A stretch of 64,000 nt of DNA, from NCBI GenBank assembly GCA_045837725.1, contig JBEWZL010000064.1, forward strand, positions 124,001-188,000, given 5' to 3'. The DNA is from Vermamoeba vermiformis (Eukaryota). Shown here piece after piece: positions 13,023 through 27,446 of the stretch. Under the pieces are notes generated by a model. The model searched no databases. It saw only the letters and a program-made list of their open reading frames with translations, and had not been told where the DNA came from. The position numbers and the translations under genes were made by a program. Within the stretch, counting starts at the first letter, position 1; every line of letters starts with the position of its first letter.

Positions 13023-14255
13023 TCAGTGACGAGCACCGGGGATGACTTCAGTTTCAATGAGATAGTTGTAAATCACCTCCAACACCTCGCGTGTCTCGTT
13101 GTCGTCCCCAGCCTCGCGCAGCAGTGCGACGAGTGTGACGTCCTTGTTGTGATTCTGCTTCAGCTGTTGAAACGCTTTGTACATGCCGTAGTGGTCCATG
13201 CGCGCCATCTCTACTGACTTCTTGATCTCATTCATGTCTTGAATTATCTGTCATCGCTTATTAGTCAATAATAACTCGGCACTAGGTACTCACGCTCAGC
13301 TTGCGTTGTTCGATTAGTGCGCGGATCTTGAACGGATCTGCGACCTCGCGCGAAATTTCTCGCAAGTTCTCGGCCCATTCACGGCAGAATTCATTCGTCT
13401 CTGCAGTCAGTGTTAATACAAAGTAACATATAGTGCTGCACAAGTACCTCGTGTTGACAGATGCACCTTGCTGGCCAGATCTACAGTCACGCGCTCGAGG
13501 TCCGAGTCGTATGTTTGATTGTCATCTTCAATAAATTCCAAGGAGCCAGTAAGACTCAAGCTCTCCAATAGACGCGTCACGTGCTCATTATCAGGGTGAG
13601 ATTTGAGTACAAACGACTTGCCAATCAGTGCTGCGTGGATGGCGGTGTCAAGTTCGTTGAGCAGTATTTTGAGTCCTTCACGCGGATATTCAATCTGATA
13701 GTAGTAATTTAGTAATGAACATCACCTAATACGACGTCGAAGCATGTCTCTTACACAAACAGAGTACCAGTTGTTGAGGTAGGCCTGGATCTCAGATTTA
13801 CTCGTTCGTTTAGCCACCAAATCGCGCACTTTACGCGAGAACTTCATCAAATCCATTCTGAAGCTATTGAGGGGAGGTAAGTGTCAGTGGTTGGAGTGAG
13901 TGGAGGTCAGATCGGGTCGGACTTACATGTGCAGGGCATCTGTGTCAATAGCGCTCAACAAACACAATATATAGCGCTGCACGGACTTGTCAGCAAACAC
14001 TGCTTCAACCTCTGAATAATAACAGGTCGTAGTTTTGGATATTTTGTTGTTGGCCACATAGGTCGGCACTATGCCCAGATTGCCGTTCTCATGTATGAGA
14101 TTGGTATTAATTTTGTGCGTAATAAATTTGCGCAGTGTTAATTTAGCTTCGTCTTCTGCAGATAGATTCGTCAGTTCAATTGCGAGCTGCTCTTCGTCTG
14201 TTCTCGTTGTGTCCCATACATATAAGCAGTAGAATACAGAATTAGAATTGTCCAT
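13023..14255 (-). CDS. C17orf75: Njmu-R1 / C17orf75 homolog (WDR11-FAM91A1 complex subunit)
   Basis: FYCLY...TNLSAE...LRKFI...GNL...TCYY, YLNNWYSVC, IHAAL, EFCREW, DPFKIR...IQDMNEIKKSVEMARMDHYGMYKAF follow the Njmu-R1 motif order. Confidence 0.8.
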
Positions 14256-14390
14256 ATTGATCAGCGCTATTGTGCTCGTACAATGCAGCGGAAAGTTCTG
14301 AATGACGCTTGGTAAGCACGTGGTGAAATTTGTCAGTAGGTATCACACAGCTGCTCTGGTATTACTGATCGCTCCTACATAAAGAACACA

Positions 14391-17300
14391 ATGAGTGCAC
14401 GCGAGGTAAGTGCACTTTGATTCTACCGGTTGCTGCTTGTTCTAACTGGTGTCAATCTAGGCCCCGCGCCTGACAGGCATGCTGCGTGCCTTTCAAGTAG
14501 GCCAAAAATATGATTATCAAACAGAATATTTGAACAGAATAGAAATATTAAAGAAGCGAAAGAAACTGTGAGTAGTCAATTTAAAAATAATTTTAAAAAA
14601 TAAGAATAATTGCGTTAACACTCATATTGCAGAACAAAGTCATCGAAAGAGCTTCGAAGTGACGGATTTAATTGGGAGTTTTTTTCGAGTTTATTAGACG
14701 GTAAGATCCGTTCAGAGTTTTTTCGCACAATTTGTCGTTGACACACTTGTGCACAGACTACGAAACAGCCGAACTAAAGAAGATACGGACTATATTCAAC
14801 AAATACATGAATCTTATCCGCAACATCATCAACGACGATCAAACCACCACCGAAGAGCTGCACAGTTCCGCGCTCTTCTTTTACAACACTGTGCTCGATG
14901 CACATCTCAAAATCGATGAAAAGCGGTACGTGAGGGGTGCATCTATAAGCGCGCACAGTGCAGTGCTAACACCGCTCTCAGCACGACACTGCGACAGAAC
15001 TTGCCGCTCATCAACACCAAGCAGCTCGAAGAGGGCTTTGCAGTGGTCAAAGAGCTCGATGACTGGCGACGTGCGCACCTTGATCGACACTCGCGCCGCG
15101 CTGGCTACGACGTGCACGCACACGGCTATGCAGACACGGTGTTCGGCAAGGACATTGCACTCAAACTGGAGCCGAACTTCTTGTTCGACGAGACAGATCT
15201 GAGCGACGACGAGGAACTGACAGCTGAGCCTCATGCCTCGGAGACAAGCGACGCAATTAAAGTGGACTGGGTGACAGGTGACGAGGTGATCGACATTGAC
15301 TGGCTGAAGAACATGTGCGAGAACTACACCGCGGCAGTGCTGAGCTCGGGGGGCGCGGCACTGATGACACCTGTAGACCTGGCCAAGACCCTGCACGCCA
15401 ATCTGCAGAGCAAGAAGTCAGATCTCGAGCTGCAGGACTCGCTGTTTGATCTCTTGGGTCCCACCAGCATCGACTTCATTCAGCTCTTGTTGAAGAATCG
15501 CATGCGACTCATGAAGCTCAACTTTGGTGCAGCCTCTGTCCTGCCTCAATCTGCACCGGTAAGTCGTCGTGTAGCGTGTGTGTGTGTGACTCATCATATG
15601 TGCAGCAATCGCGTCCACAATTCGGACCAGGCGTGACCATTCAGACCAAGCAAGAACAAATCTATCAGAAATTACTCGAAAAAGAGCGTAAAAAACAACA
15701 GCGCAACACACAGGCCAGCGATGACGCGGACATGTACGACGATGCCAACACACTGCGCATGAAACGGTAGGTCCTGGCGATGGGTGGGTGTGACATGACT
15801 GACACCTGTCGTTCAGTGAACAACAGCTCGCCAATGCCCGCACCGCCATGCCCACAGACATCTACATTCGCGATGAATATGCCACCACCGGTCTCGGGGA
15901 CAAGATTGTGTTGCCCGAGGGCACTATTCGCAAGAAAACTAATGTACGTCGTGTTGTTGCCACTCACGCACTGCTAACTCGCGAGTAGGACATTGAAGAG
16001 GTTAAAATTCCGCCGGCCAAAACTCCGCCGTTCACTGAAACGGAAAAACTAGTGCCAATCACGGAGTTCTCAGAATTTGCTCAAATTGCCTTCAGAGTGA
16101 GTCCATAGGCCATGTATTTGAGCAGTCCATACTCACCGCTCTACCAGGGCATCAAAACACTGAATCGCATTCAATCGCGCGTGTTTGAAGCAGCATACAA
16201 GAGCAATGAAAACATGCTGATCTGCGCTCCAACAGGTGCGGGTAAGACCAATGTGGCCATGATGACCATGCTGCACGAGATTGGACTGCACTTCCGCGGA
16301 GGATACTTGCACAAGGACGAGTTCAAGCTCATATACGTGGCCCCCATGAAGGCCCTCGCTGCTGAGATGACGGAGAGCTTCGGCAAGCGCTTAGAGCCGC
16401 TCGGCATTGTGGTGCGCGAACTGACCGGTGACATGCAACTGAGCAAGAAGGAGCTGGTGGAGACACAGGTGATTGTGACCACACCCGAGAAGTGGGATGT
16501 GATCACGCGCAAGAGCACTGATGTTGCCCTCACTCAGCTCGTCAAGCTGTTGATCATCGACGAAGTGCATCTGTTGCACGAGGACAGAGGGCCTGTCATT
16601 GAGAGCATTGTCGCGCGTACACTGCGTCAAGTCGAACAGACGCAGAACATGATTCGCATAGTCGGACTCAGTGCCACCCTGCCCAACTACGCAGATGTAG
16701 CGCAGTTCTTGCGCGTCAATCTCCGCACTGGCCTGTTCTACTTTGACGAGCGCTACAGACCCGTGCCCCTCAGTCAGGAGTACATTGGTGTGCGCGGCAA
16801 TGCACTGCAGGGCAAGCAGCGCATGAATCAGGTGTGCTTCGATCGTGTCAAGCAGAGTGTGATCGCGGGCAATCAGGTCATGGTCTTCGTGCACAGTCGC
16901 AAAGACACGTACAACACTGCCAAGGCCCTGCTCGAACTCGCACGCGCCTCGGGCACGACGGATGTGTTCCGCGCCAACGACAAAGACCCCAACTACATTG
17001 CTGCCGTGAAGGAGGTATCGCGCTCACGCAACAAGGAGCTCAAAGAACTCTTCCCACTCGGCTTCTCGATGCACCACGCAGGCATGTTGCGGCCTGATCG
17101 CAGCTTGGTGGAGCGATTGTTCCGCGACGGACTCATTCAAGTGCTGGTCTGCACGGCCACACTGGCGTGGGGTGTCAACTTGCCAGCACACACAGTGGTG
17201 ATCAAGGGCACGCAGCTGTACGATCCGAGCAAGGGTAACTTTGTGGACCTGGGCATGCTGGATGTGATGCAGATCTTTGGTCGCGCTGGTCGTCCGCAGT

Positions 17301-20300
17301 ACGACACGAGTGGCGAGGGCATCATCATCACCTCGCACGACAAACTGACGCACTATCTGCGCCTGATGACGCATCAACTGCCCATTGAGAGTCAGTTCAT
17401 CAAACGACTCGCCGATCACTTGAATGCGGAGATTGTGCTCGGCACGGTCACCAACATACAAGAGGCGGTCACCTGGCTGTCGTACACCTACCTCTTCATT
17501 CGCATGGCCAAGAACCCCTGGTACTACGGCATTGCCTACAATCAGAAGCAGATGGACCCGCGTCTCGTGTCCGTGCGGCGCGACTTCATCATCGTGGCTG
17601 CCAAGCTGTTGGACAAGTGTCAAATGATTCGCTACGATGCAGTCACGGGCAGCTTCTATCCGACTGACCTGGGCCGCGTGGCGAGTCACTACTACATTCA
17701 ATACGAGACCATCAGCATGTTCAACGAGCAGGTCAAGAACACCATCAGCGACGCCGACATCTTCAGTGCCGTGGCGCATGCGAGTGAGTTCGAGAACATC
17801 ACGCAGCGCGACGAGGAGATGGAAGAGCTCGGTCGCTTGGAAGAGGACTCGTGCTTCTTGGAGGTGAAGGGTGGCGTGGAGAATCAGTACGGCAAGGTGA
17901 ACATCTTGCTGCAGTCCTACATCTCGCAGGCACGCGTCGACTCCTTCTCCCTCGTCTCGGACATGTCGTACATTGCGCAGAATGCCTCGCGGTAAGTACT
18001 CGCACCCCCTGCTTGTAGACCTGGCACTGATGGTGTCCCCATGCAGTATATTCCGCGCACTGTTCGAGATTGTGCTCAAAAAGAATTGGATCTCACTGGC
18101 CACGCGACTGCTGAGTATCTGCAAGATGGTGGACAAGCGTCTGTGGAGCTTCTATCACCCACTGCGGCAGTTCCCACACCTCGGTGCGGCACTGCTCACC
18201 AAGCTCGAGGAGCGCAAGGCCTCGCTGGATCAAGTCGAGAACATGACCCTCGATGAGATTGCCAATCTCACGCGCACCAACAAGCTGGTGGCACGCACGG
18301 TCAAACAGGCTGTGGATCAGTTCCCACGCTTAGCCATTGACGTGCAAGTGCAGCCCATCACACGCACGGTGCTCAAGATACAGCTCACGGTGCTGGCAGA
18401 CTTTGAGTGGAATGATCGCGCGCACGGAGCAGTGGAGCCCTGGTGGATCTGGGTGGAGGACGCACAGAACGAGCACATCTATCACTCGGAGTACTTCCTG
18501 CTGCACAAGTACGTCACTCGGAGTGCAGCTGTGCATAATATCATGCGATAGCGCGACTGACACAGCATTGACAGGAAACAAAAGGACGAGGCGCAGAAGC
18601 TGACCTTCATCATCCCCATCTTCGAAGACACCTCGCTGTCGCAGTACTACATTCACGCCATCTCTGATCGCTGGTTGGCAGCTGAGACTGTGGTGCCCAT
18701 GCCCCTCTCCGACATTGTCATGCCCTCCAATTACACGCCCAACACGGAGCTCTTGGACTTGCAGCCCATGCCCGTGAGTGCCCTCGCCAACAAGGGCTTT
18801 GAATCGCTCTATCCCTTCACGCACTTCAACCCCGTGCAGACGCAGGCCTTTCACGCCATGTACCACAGCGAGGTCAATGCGCTGGTCGGTGCCCCCACTG
18901 GCTCGGGCAAGACCATCATTGCCGAGCTCGCCATGCTCAAGTTGTTCCGCGACGCACCCAAGCTCAAAGTGGTCTACATTGGTCCTCTCAAAGCCCTCGT
19001 GCGTGAGCGCATGAAGGACTGGAAGAAGAAGTTTGTGGACAAATTAGGCAAGAGCTTGATTGAATTGACTGGCGACTACACGCCCGATGTGCTGTCGCTG
19101 CAGAAAGCGGACATTGTGACCACCACGCCAGAGAAGTGGGACGGCATCAGTCGTAACTGGAAGAACCGCAAGTACGTCAAAGAGGTGGGTCTGATGATCA
19201 TCGACGAGATCCACTTGCTCGGTGAGGAGCGCGGTCCTATTCTCGAAGTGATCGTGTCGCGCATGCGCTACATCAGCAGTCAGACCGACACTCCGATTCG
19301 CATCATTGGTCTCAGCACTGCACTCGCCAATGCAGAGGACCTTTCTGATTGGCTGGGCACCGATCCTAATATGGTAAGTATCGCACGTGCTGGCACACGA
19401 TCGCAGCACATTGCAAGTCGATTGCTGACACGTGTCACGCACTAGGGCCTCTACAACTTCAGACCGTCAGTGCGGCCAGTACCACTCGAAGCACACATTC
19501 AGGGCTATCAGGGCCGCCACTACTGTCCGCGCATGGTAAGTGTCACACATGTCACAGTCACGTGATGTTGACCTGTCACCCAGGCCACCATGAACAAGCC
19601 CGCCTTTGCAGCGATCAAGACGCACTCGCTCACCAAGCCAGTGCTCATCTTCGTGTCGTCGCGTCGTCAAACTCGTCTGACCGCAATGGATCTGATCAAT
19701 TACTGTGCCTCGGATGAGAACCCGCGTCAGTTCATGAAAATGAGCGAGTCAGAGCTCGAACAAGTGCTCGAACAAGTGCGCGATCCTCACTTGAAGCACA
19801 CCATCACCTTTGGCATTGGCATGCATCACGCAGGTCTCACGGACTCTGATCGCGCACTCTGCGAAGAATTGTTTGCGCGTGAAAAAATTCAAATTCTCAT
19901 CTCCACCGCGACACTGGCGTGGGGTGTCAACTTGCCAGCACACTTAGTCGTGATCAAGGGCACCGAGTTCTTTGACCCCAAGACCAAGCGCTACGTGGAC
20001 TATCCCATCACCGATGTGCTGCAAATGATGGGTCGTGCTGGTCGTCCGCAGTACGACACGAGTGCAGTGGCGGTGATCATGGTGGAAGAGAGCAAGAAGA
20101 GCTTTTACAAGAAGTTCTTGTACGAGCCCTTCCCCGTGGAGAGCAGTCTGAAGGACTACCTGCACGATCACATCAATGCCGAGATCACCTCGGGCACCAT
20201 CACGAGCAAGCAGGACGCCGTGGACTATTTGACGTGGACGTACTTCTTCCGTCGTCTGCTCAAGAACCCCTCGTTCTATCAGCTGGAAGATACGACCGTG

Positions 20301-21620
20301 GAGAGTTTGAATCAGTACCTCTCCGATCTCATTGACCGCACGCTGCGTGATCTCGAGCTCGCGCAGTGCATCAAAGTCGAGGACGATGCCATTGAGACAC
20401 TCACGCTCGGTCGCATTGCCTCGTACTATTATCTGCACTACACCACCGTGCAGCTGTTCCACAACGACATGCACGAGCAGAGTACCATTCAAGAGCTGCT
20501 CACCACGCTGTGCAACACGCGCGAATACGAGGACTTGCCCGTGCGTCACAACGAAGACAAGCTGAATGCTGAGCTCGCGGAGCACGTGCCCTGGGCTGTG
20601 GACACGCGCTTTGTGGAGAGTCCGCACGTGAAGACACATCTGCTGCTGCAGACACACTTTGCGAATGGAGCGATTGAACTGCCGATCAGCGACTACGAGA
20701 CCGATCTCAAGTCCGTGCTCGATCAAGCTGTGCGCATCTTGCAGGCCATGGTCGATGTGACTGCTGACCGCGGCTGGCTGTTCACCACGCTGCGTGTTGT
20801 GCACTTGATGCAGATGATCTTGCAGGTATGTAGCATCGCCTTTATATATATATGACGCATGAGCATTAACACGAGCTCTGACAGGGTCTGTGGTACCCCA
20901 ATCTCAACATGGATCCGCGCTACGGCGACAGCAGCACTTTGTATCAACTGCCGCACATCACGCCCGAGATCGTCGATGTCCTCTACGCAGCAGGCATTGA
21001 GAGCATCGCTGAGCTCGCTGTGTTGAGTGCGCCCAATGTGCGTCACGCTCTGCGCGGTCAATTGAACCGCCGCGAGGTGGAAGAGGTCTGTAGCTGTGCC
21101 TATCACATGCAATACGATGCTTTATTGACAGATACAACTAGGTGATTGAGGTGTTGCATCAGCTGCCAGTGATTCAAGTCAAGACGGTGCTCGGTCAAGT
21201 CACCGCCGGTCAAGAGTGCGAGATCCGACTCACTTTTCAACGACTTACCAAGGCAAGTGGCACTGCTCATTAAACAGCTGATACATGGCTAATCGTTGTT
21301 ATTACTAGGAGCCTAAAGAAGGTATCTACGCACCCAAGTTCCCTAAGCGCAAAGAAGAGAGTTGGTGGCTGATCTTAGGTGATCCGAACACTGGTGAATT
21401 GCTTGCATTGCGGCGCATGAGTCTGGGTGCGCGCATGACCACTAGTCTTACCTTCAATGCCCCGACCCTGGCCGGTGACTACACGTACTATGTGTATCTC
21501 ATGTCTGATTCGTACATGGGTCTCGATCAGCAGTACAAGATCTGCTTCACGCTCGACAAGTCCGTCGCGCACGATGACGAGACCGTGCTCGGCGATGAAG
21601 AGGAGTTTGAGGATGTGTAA
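14391..21620 (+). CDS. ASCC3: ASCC3 / Slh1 tandem Ski2-like helicase with Sec63 domains (multi-exon)
   Basis: N-terminal [11 protein letters not shown]. Two helicase cassettes ([24 protein letters not shown]), [13 protein letters not shown] twice, GRAGRPQYD twice. C-terminal [15 protein letters not shown] and [12 protein letters not shown]. Confidence 0.95.
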
Positions 21621-21902
21621 CTGCGTCCAGTGTAACATAATACTGCGACCGTTGCAAATAAATACTGACGACTCATATCAAGTGTAATGATCGTGCACAA
21701 TAGGACTAGTCCCTATTCATAACGAGCAGTGTGGTGAATCATCGTCGTCAAGTGTCGCATCCGTTACTCGCGTCACATCAGAAGTGGCACTATTGTCAGT
21801 GACTACTGTGCACTGCCCTTAGAAGTATGCCTCGCTCATCACATGTGACATCAACAATAGAGCACAATATAAATATACACACTACAAGTAGCACGCTTTT
21901 AC

Positions 21903-24821
21903 TCACAGCTTCTCAAACACCACTTCGAGTCCACACGCGCACACTTTGAGCCACTTGTCCTCCTCTTGCACGTAGCGGTACTTGTCTTCTGGGAAGTGGT
22001 GCACGTGTTCTTTTTCAGCTGCGTCGTCGTTAGTCACGTGCCACGAGACACGCTACACAGCAGTTACCTTGTTTCTTCGGCGTCTTGTTCTTCAGTCCCT
22101 GCGCAGGCACGCTGTGTGTCTCGCCGTGCTGGTTGTTCAAGCGGTGTTTGATCACCAGGGCACGTGTCAGTTTGGCCCAGCGCTTCAGCACAGCTTCAAC
22201 GCGCTTCTTTTCGCGCGCTTTCTCGCGTCGTTCAGTGTCTTGTGCCCAGGCCTCGCGCAGCACTGCCTCGTGTTCAGCACACACGATGACACCTTCCAGA
22301 ATGGGCTTGGGATGGCCGCTCTTGTCCCATCCTGTTCTTGAACGTCAGTCACGTGCTGCTGACACCTGTCAAACAACGTACCAATCATTGCGGGTGCAAA
22401 GTCTATGCTCAACATCTTGCACACGCGTTTCAAGCCCGGCACTGACAAGTGACAGGTGAGTGCCAGCACTATATTTAGCATCAGTCGTTACGTACAGTTC
22501 AGATGCACCGTGTTGCGTGGCAACATCTCGGGAGTGAATAGATAGACATTGCCATATTTGTTCTTCGGCACCACTCCCTGATGCCAACGAATCAGCAACG
22601 CTTCCAAATAAGGCTATTACGTACATCAACTGCCTCCACGGGCTCGAAGGGTTCAGTTTGCCACAGTCCAAAATAGTCGCTCTCTTCGTCCTTGCCCCAA
22701 TCGCGCCACACTTTCTTTTTCATTTTTTTCACAGGTTGAGAACCAGCCTGTCACGTGTCACATGTCAATCTTTGACCACCCATCGTGTGACACTTACCTT
22801 GACTTGTTTGCCCTCTTCCAGCCACTTCTCAACGGTGTGCACTGGCTGCACTTTGTCGCGCAAGTAATATGGAGTGCTGAATGACACGTGTCAAAACAAG
22901 TGCGGCACGAGACTCGGTGGTGACGTACCCTTTGAAATGTCCAGCAGCTTCAGTGCCAGGTATCAGTGCCTCGTAGCGGCCAATGTGCGAGGCGAGACAG
23001 TAGCGCGGATGATTGCGAAATCCCGCTTGATTGCTCGGTGCTGGCTCGCTTGCCTGGCACTCTGCCAGTGCCTCAACATCCACACGCTCAGCCTCCAGCA
23101 GCTGTGCGGGAGGGGCAGGGGCAGCAGCATTGAGTCGCGCGAGGGTGTTGTTGAACCAAGTCGGATCTGCAGGCCTTAGCTTGAGTGCCACGGACCAGCG
23201 ATGTGCGTAGCGCGGTGTGACATCAGCGACGCGCTTGTGCGTGAAGGCGAGCACATAGGGCGGTGAGTGCTCGTAGTGCATCTTGTCGACGTCACCTTCA
23301 CGTGGATCAACCGCTGTGCATGAGTGAGTCAAGGCAAATAGAGGAATTAATAGGAGTGACTATTAGGGTGCGTAATAGAGCAGGATACGAATCCACTTGC
23401 GAATGACTGACGAGTAGACTTCCACCCAGCTAGTGGAGCCCTCCACGACATCTGATGAGTGTGAGCGAGTGACAGGTGTCAAACAGTGACTTACACTCCA
23501 CCTTCTTTTTCTTCTTGGGCTCAGCACTCTCATCGCTCACACTCGGCTTGTGACTTGCTGGTCTCAACACTTGAATGACACGTGTCAACAGTGACAGACC
23601 GCGACACAGCGCTGCAAACATCTGTAAAGATGAGTGAGTGACACGTGTCAATGATCAGTACGTACAATGGGCGCATTCTGTTCGTCTAACTTGCGCGTGC
23701 GACAGCTGTCAATCAGCGCTTGCAACTTGTCGTCAGTGACCTTCTTCTTGCCGCGCACTGGTTTGACACTCTGTGACACGTGTCAATGAGTCAGTTGTGA
23801 GCTGTGAAGTACAGTGCACTAGTCCTACCTCCGCTGTGAGATCAATCGCAGCCGCTGTTGAGCCCTGGTTGATGGTGAATGTGGACACGAACCAGTCCGC
23901 GAGGTGTGTCAAGCATTGCAAGAATTCTTTTTCGCTGTCGTGCTCCACACTGATGTCAGAGCTCTCAAACAGCGACAGCACCGAGGCCTGCAAGGTCTGA
24001 TCGTCAGCCAGTGTGCTGCAGTGCAGGGCATGGGCCAGCAGTGTCAACAAGTGCGAGCGATGCAGTTCCAAGGCCTGATGCTTCTCCGCACGACTGGCTC
24101 TGCGCACTTCACGCTTCTTCTTGGTGGGTGCTGCGTCCTCCTCGTCACTCGCCGCGCTGTCTTCGTGCTGCAGGGCAATGTCGCTGCAACGAGGTCAGTA
24201 CATAGCGCTGTGTGGCGGCACTACTTACATCTCGCTCTTAATCTCGCGCTTGATCTCGCTCACAGCGGGCATGGCATCGTCCCACTGCACGTCTTCCCAC
24301 TCTTGTTCGTCGTCTGACGCTGCAAAGTGCTGCAGATCGGACATGGGTTGGTCCTCACTAACAATCATTTTCTCTTGCTTGACGCGCGTCTTGTCTTTGC
24401 TCTGTCTCTTATTCACTGGTACCTCTTCGTGCGCAGTGAAGAGCACTTCATCTCCGTCGTCGGTTGCCTCTCGCGTGACTCGTCTGCGCACTTCAAAATC
24501 GTCGTCACTTGCTAGTTGTTCGTCAAATATTACATTAGTGTTGTTAATATTCTTATTCTTCGATTTGCTAACTTTTGGTTTGGCTGCCACGCGAGACTTT
24601 TTGGCCTTGGGGCGGATCTGTTGTTCTTCGTCATCCGAACCCATCACCTCTGCTATACTTCGTTTCTTAGACTTTGGAGATAACTCCATATCACTCGAAC
24701 TGTCGCTGCTATCAGCGCTGTCATTGACGCGAGCTTTTGCTTTGGTTTTGCGCTTGTTGGGCTGCTTCACAGTCAGCTGCTCCTCGGTGATAGGCTTGGT
24801 GCTGGTGCGTGTGCGACCCAT
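21903..24821 (-). CDS. XPC: XPC/Rad4 nucleotide-excision-repair damage sensor
   Basis: HRSHLLTLLAH, WVEVYS, DVTPRYA, FRNHPRYCL, FGLWQTEPF, GVVPKNKYGNVYLF, LSIDFAPAMIG and a C-terminal CACGLEVVFEKL*. Confidence 0.92.
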
Positions 24822-25050
24822 GAGGCGATAATAGGTGATTTAATACCAAAGTTGATAGTTCGTGTTGTTATCGCATGCAACAACAAGAACAACAAATGCA
24901 ATAATTCGTGGCAACTGTTCGTAATCTCACCGCGAAATTCTCAGAATAATCAGATCTGCGAGCACGGACCCGCTGGCACTCGCAGCGACATGATACACTA
25001 CAACACGGATGATCTGTACATATTTATTGCAGTACCACACAGCGAGCTGT

Positions 25051-25995
25051 TTAAATGTCGTCCATGACAAAGTCGTCAGGCAGCTTGATCTTCTCGCCAG
25101 GTTTGAAGGCAGGCAGACCACGATAGGGACAGCCACCGCATCGAAAGGCATCACCCAAGGCACACTGCGAGGGGTCAGTACTGCAGCAGTGCACACGCGC
25201 GTACTTACATTGCCGCACGAGGAGTTGACAGCAGGGTTCTCAATCATCTCCAAGGTCAGTTTGCTCGTGCTCTCCGTGCTCTCCTCTGCGCGGCCACAAG
25301 TGCAGTTCTTGCAGGCCTTGCGCGTGCCCGAGGTCAGCTCGCAGTCGTCACCTGGGGGCTAACTGTTAGCATCAATACTCTAGATTGCTGTGCGCGACAG
25401 ACACGCTTACTCTTGACAGGTCGCACCAAGTCACTCTCGTCCAACAGCTTGTCCTCGTCCAGCAGTTCTCCATTGTCGTGCGCATCCACGGCCCACGCGC
25501 TCTTGGCTTTCTTCTTCAGTTGAATGCTCGATGCTGCTCCTACTTCCCAGCTCGGCTTGGCACTCGCTATTTGTACTTGATCGGATACATTGCTAATTTG
25601 TGTGTTCACAAAGCCTGACAGTGTCAGATTTGCTGAGAGTTTTTCAGATACATCTGCTGTGCGATTAACTGCAGGCTCGCGCAGAATTAATTTGCCGTTT
25701 GGTTTTAACAATCGCAGGAATTCAAATAATAAGGACAGTTTCTCGGATTGGTGATGCAACGCGGCATTAGGTATTGAAACAATGAGATCCACGGAAGAAT
25801 CTCGAAGATCAGCCAGGTTGTCTGGTCGTAAATAGGTCAATATTAATTAAAATCATATATCTGGAAAATACCTGTGTATTGCTTGACGGCAACATTTTTA
25901 GTTTGTTGCGAAATTGTTTGAACAAGATCGGCTGCTTGAGGATGATCGCTGACAACAAGCACGTAACTATCCGCAGGGACTACAATGCCTGTCAT
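25051..25995 (-). CDS. DRE2: Anamorsin/Dre2 (CIAPIN1), Fe-S assembly factor
   Basis: Methyltransferase-like N-domain, [52 protein letters not shown]. Confidence 0.95.
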
Positions 25996-26366
25996 TGTTA
26001 GTGGTAGTTGTGGTCTTGCTTGGCTAATTGAGACATAATCCGGTTTTCTGAAGTTGTTTTTTCTCTTTCCACGTGTCGTGAAATTTCCGTAATTTCAAAC
26101 AGGCCCGATTCAATCTAAACCATTGAGAGACTTAGTTCAACAACAATAGTACTATTTGCTAAGGTATTTATTTAAAAGCACTAGTGCTAGTGCTAGTGCA
26201 GTGACGTTTCGCTCAATAACCGTAAATCTTTAACTGCTGCACGGTGCAATACAACACAGCTCTGTGCTGCATATTAATATTAATATTAAATTAAATTGAG
26301 CGCGAAGTAAATCAATTGACGTATTGCTGAGTGTATGTCAAATTAGGTGCCGATCCTGTTCCCATC

Positions 26367-27276
26367 ATGTCGCAGCCCATCAAAATATACGGAGATGTTA
26401 TGTCGCAGCCTACACGTGCTGTATGGTGGTTTTGCAAGCTCAACAACTTGCCGCATCAGTTCGTGTCCGTACGAATTGCGAAACTAGAGCAGCGCTCAAA
26501 GGAGTACCTAGCTGTGTAAGTACTGCGTTATATTATTATTGCGCATTAACAATATTGCTAGCAATCCTATTGGACAAGTTCCTGCAATCGACGACAACGG
26601 ATTTGTTGTGCGCGAAAGGTACGGTGGTACATACAAAGGGCTATATTGAACTGATCATCGCCACACTAGCCACACTATTCTGCGCTATTTAAAGGACAAG
26701 TACAAGTGCGCAGATCATTGGTACCCCGCAGATCTGCAACAGCGCGCCAGAGTGGACGAGTACCTGGACTGGCACCACTCGAACACGCGCTACGGAGCAG
26801 CAGGCACCTTCAGACAGAAGTGGCTCTTCCCTGCAGTGGTACGACGCACTAGTCTCTTTGCACATACTCACCTAGCCTGCTAGTTCAACTTGCCCGTGAA
26901 TGACGAGTTGTTGAAGAGCTCGGAGAAGGCAGTAAGTGCAGTATATGATGCCTGGCCTAGTGTCACTCACACCACGCACAGCTGCACCACGCGCTCAAGA
27001 CACTCAACAACCACTTCTTGGCGCGCACAGAGTACATCAACTGCGCGCAGGTCTCGATTGCGGATCTAGCGGCGTACTGCGAGCTGACACAGAACCGCAT
27101 TATTGGTCTAGACCTCACCAAGTACCCCAATGTCGCTGCGTGGATGCAACGTGTGGAACAGGTGCGTCGTGTGTGCGCGGTGCTGGTGACTGACTGACGT
27201 GTTGTAGCTGCCACATCTGAAGGAAGTGAATGAAGTGTTGGACAAAGTTGTTGCTAAGAACAAAGCCAAGCTGTAA
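26367..27276 (+). CDS. GSTT: Theta-class glutathione S-transferase ending in a PTS1-like AKL
   Basis: MSQPTRAV, NPIGQVPAIDD, ESHTILRYL, DHWYPADLQQRARVDEYLDWHHSNTR, SIADL; ends KNKAKL*. Confidence 0.93.
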
Positions 27277-27446
27277 TTATATAGTCCCCGTCACTAGTCG
27301 AGCTCATTGGTTCGAATTACTCGCGCGATTCTGTTCCCTCACTGCTGGTTGTATTAATAAAATTCGCACCTCAGAGCTGGAGTAATTAACACTTTATCAG
27401 TGTCCAATAATGTATACAAATATCAGCAATATTATCCACTAACATA

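Noticed and set aside
16171-20804. Antisense ORFs up to 370 aa over ASCC3 (similar ones lie over cactin, POLA2 and the ArfGAP)
   Set aside because: Expected in GC-rich coding DNA; they sit opposite conserved exons and read like antisense translations.
25998-26036. 12-codon uORF just upstream of the DRE2 ATG
   Set aside because: It may lie upstream of the TSS; there is no evidence it is transcribed.
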